DNA of 64,000 nucleotides from Podarcis erhardii (taxonomy: Eukaryota), in NCBI GenBank assembly GCA_964252035.1, contig OZ176211.1; one strand, given 5' to 3'. The translations under genes were made by a program, and so were the position numbers. The notes under the pieces are model-generated. The model was not told the DNA's origin, did no database searches, and saw only the letters and a program-made list of their open reading frames with translations. This document shows, one piece after another, positions 61,717 to 64,000 of this stretch. How positions within the stretch are numbered: the first letter of the stretch is position 1; every line of letters starts with the position of its first letter.

Positions 61717-64000
61717 GAGATCACAAAGTGAGAACAGAGAACTTAGCAGCAGGGAAGCACCAAAGATGGGGAACAAAGTGGGCAGGTGTAGTCACTCAGA
61801 GCTCCCAACCAGCATGCCACGCAGCCAGCTGCAGCTGGAAACAGGAGGAATCAGTTGCTCCTTAACTCGGTCCAGTTTGGAAGTTTGTATTTGTGGTTAA
61901 AATGGGGTGAGTGCAAATGAGCATCACCACTGAAGAGGTGCATGTCTTCATGCGTAGAATGGAAGCTGGAACGTTGCATGTGGGGACCCTGTGATGTGTA
62001 TAATGCATGAAAGGAGATATTTATTCACGTGATGGGGAAATATGGCATCAAAGATCATACCCACAGCCTACATTTAATGCACTCTCATGTCAGTCATGGC
62101 TTTCCCTCCCCCTGCCCCCTGCCCAAAATCCTGGGAGCTGTAGTTTGTCATGTATGTTGGGAATTAATAGCTCTGTGAAGGTTTCCCTAACAACTCTCAG
62201 CTCCCTTGACTACAGTTCCCAGGATTTTTTGGCAGAAGCCACAACTGCTAAAGTGGGTTAAGAGTTCTTTAAATGTGGGCAGCGCATTTCAGCGTGTGCC
62301 ACAAACCCTGCAGTGATTTGCCATTCTGCAGCTCCCCTGAAGCTAGCAGTCCTTTTATTGCCTTCCTTACTTTTGCTCTCTTGATCTGGCAGTCCCTGTG
62401 AATTTGCACTCTTGTGTTGTCACTCTTTTACCCTGCTATCGCTTTAGCAAGTGGCTGTGGCGAGGTGGGTTGCGAACATATGTTCAACCTTCTCCCCGTC
62501 TGTGCCAGCATTGCAGTGCCATATCATCAATGACTATCCTGAGATGAAGTAGACAGCAGCAACAGCACCATCCCCTTTGTGTTCTTGTTGTTCCTGGAGA
62601 CAGTTTGCATCGCCTTACGCTAGCAGACCAAGGGCTTGCAACCAAACAAACTTGGCTGATTGCCTTGGTTCATGATCCGCTTTATGCTTTTCTCCCACGT
62701 AGGATGCAAAGATTATTTTTCAAGCTTCCACCTTCAAAAGCAAAGTCAAGCTCCTTTTTTTGCAGGGGCAGGTGGTAAATATATGCTTGCAAGATCGCAG
62801 CTTTCTTTTCTGGATAAGGTTGCTTTGCATATGCATATTAGAATTTGCAGATTATGGTCCCAGCATTACCACCTTGGTGACACAGCAAGGCACTGAGACA
62901 GATGGCAAACCCCAAATAGACGGAAGTTGGTTTTTCATCTTTCTTGGAGCACGAGTGCTTTTGTCACAGTAAAGAAAACACGTTCTGGTATTAATCAGAC
63001 TATCTCCCTTCCACCCACCCACCCACCTCCCATTTCTTTCGTAAATCCGGAAGCGGATTTAAGGAGTTTTTCTGTTTAAAATGCAGGAGTTCGTTGGTAT
63101 TCAAACTAATCTTTTTTTGCTTTTGTAAATCCGCCATTGGGTAAACTTTCTTCAAGGTATTATGCTGAACTGTTGACTCCTGATGGTATGGTGGAACAAA
63201 AATATATTCAAATCAATCAGCACTGATGTAGTAGCATAATCTACTTAGTGAATTTAGCTGGAAGGTTTGCAAGCTGAGACATAACATGAAAGGATAGATT
63301 AAGCCTGGTTTTTGAAGCTAAAATAAACATTAGTATTGCATCTGTACAGTCTGATCTAACTTCTGTTTTCGCAGCAGCATCCTTTGAGTTTTTAGCACAA
63401 AAACCAAAGCAACTTCCAAAGAGGGGAGAGCAAAGGTCTATAACCACCTGCGGAGTCAGCTCCAGATGTTTGTTTGTTTGCAATGCACTGTAGAAATCAT
63501 TTAAATTAGAAGCACAGCCTGGTTGGCAGATACTTCAGGCCTCCAGCTTGGTATTGGTGCAAGGGAGAGAGACAAAGGTTTGTTGACCTTCAAGAGAGGT
63601 TTTGTGGTAGTAATGCAGACTGCAGGGTGGCTATAGATTTTTGCACGTCACCCCAATCTCTGAGCAGTGTGAGATTCAAGGGGTTCCAGATCCATATAAA
63701 TTTTGTGCAAATCTGTATCCTCTTTCATGCTTTATTTCTTTTCTTGGTGATTGCATTCCCCTCCTTTTTTGCCACTGTGTGGGGCAATACCAAGTACAAC
63801 TGCAGGATAGTGAGAGGTGGGGGAGATCATGGCTGCAATATGGAAGTTACCCTCCCTTAGAAAAAAACTCTGTTCAAGAATAAAAAGCACAGAAAACTCA
63901 CCCTGCACTGAATTTGGCAGTACAACCCAGGCCCACTCAGATGCAAAGGGATCAGAGGTTGGTGTCTAATGATCAACCACCCAGGCAGTCTTTGTGCAAT

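Noticed and set aside
1-64000. The ~250 six-frame ORFs as independent genes
   Set aside because: They are short, lack splice or homology support, and mostly overlap microsatellites or TEs. Only the DPP6 exons and the LTR-internal ORF have positive evidence.

Overview
This is vertebrate genomic DNA, not prokaryotic. The repeat content (Sauria SINE, Squam-like SINEs, Bov-B, squamate L2/CR1/L1) points to a squamate, most likely a lacertid lizard; that assignment is inferred. The window lies inside one plus-strand gene, DPP6. It holds five internal coding exons (95, 75, 53, 82, 121 bp), all with AG/GT splice sites, that join in frame into 426 nt of the extracellular beta-propeller region. The rest is intron, dense in transposable elements, microsatellites and local duplications, with one 174-N gap. 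Almost every ORF in the six-frame track is non-coding noise or a LINE remnant. Top observations: (1) Two diverged solo LTRs (TG...CA, 5-bp TSD) share an internal ~94-aa ORF (Ser/acidic N-terminal half, Arg-rich C-terminal half). It shows third-position-biased divergence and a conserved stop, and is followed by a structurally conserved hairpin, so it is a candidate undescribed LTR-encoded accessory protein plus cis element. (2) A Bov-B insertion carries an inverted 5' segment inside one 13-bp TSD, like twin priming in an RTE-clade LINE. (3) A CR1 copy hosts an L2 tail, a Tc1/pogo MITE that itself contains a solo LTR, and an L1. TE family names and human DPP6 comparisons come from recall, not from database searches.
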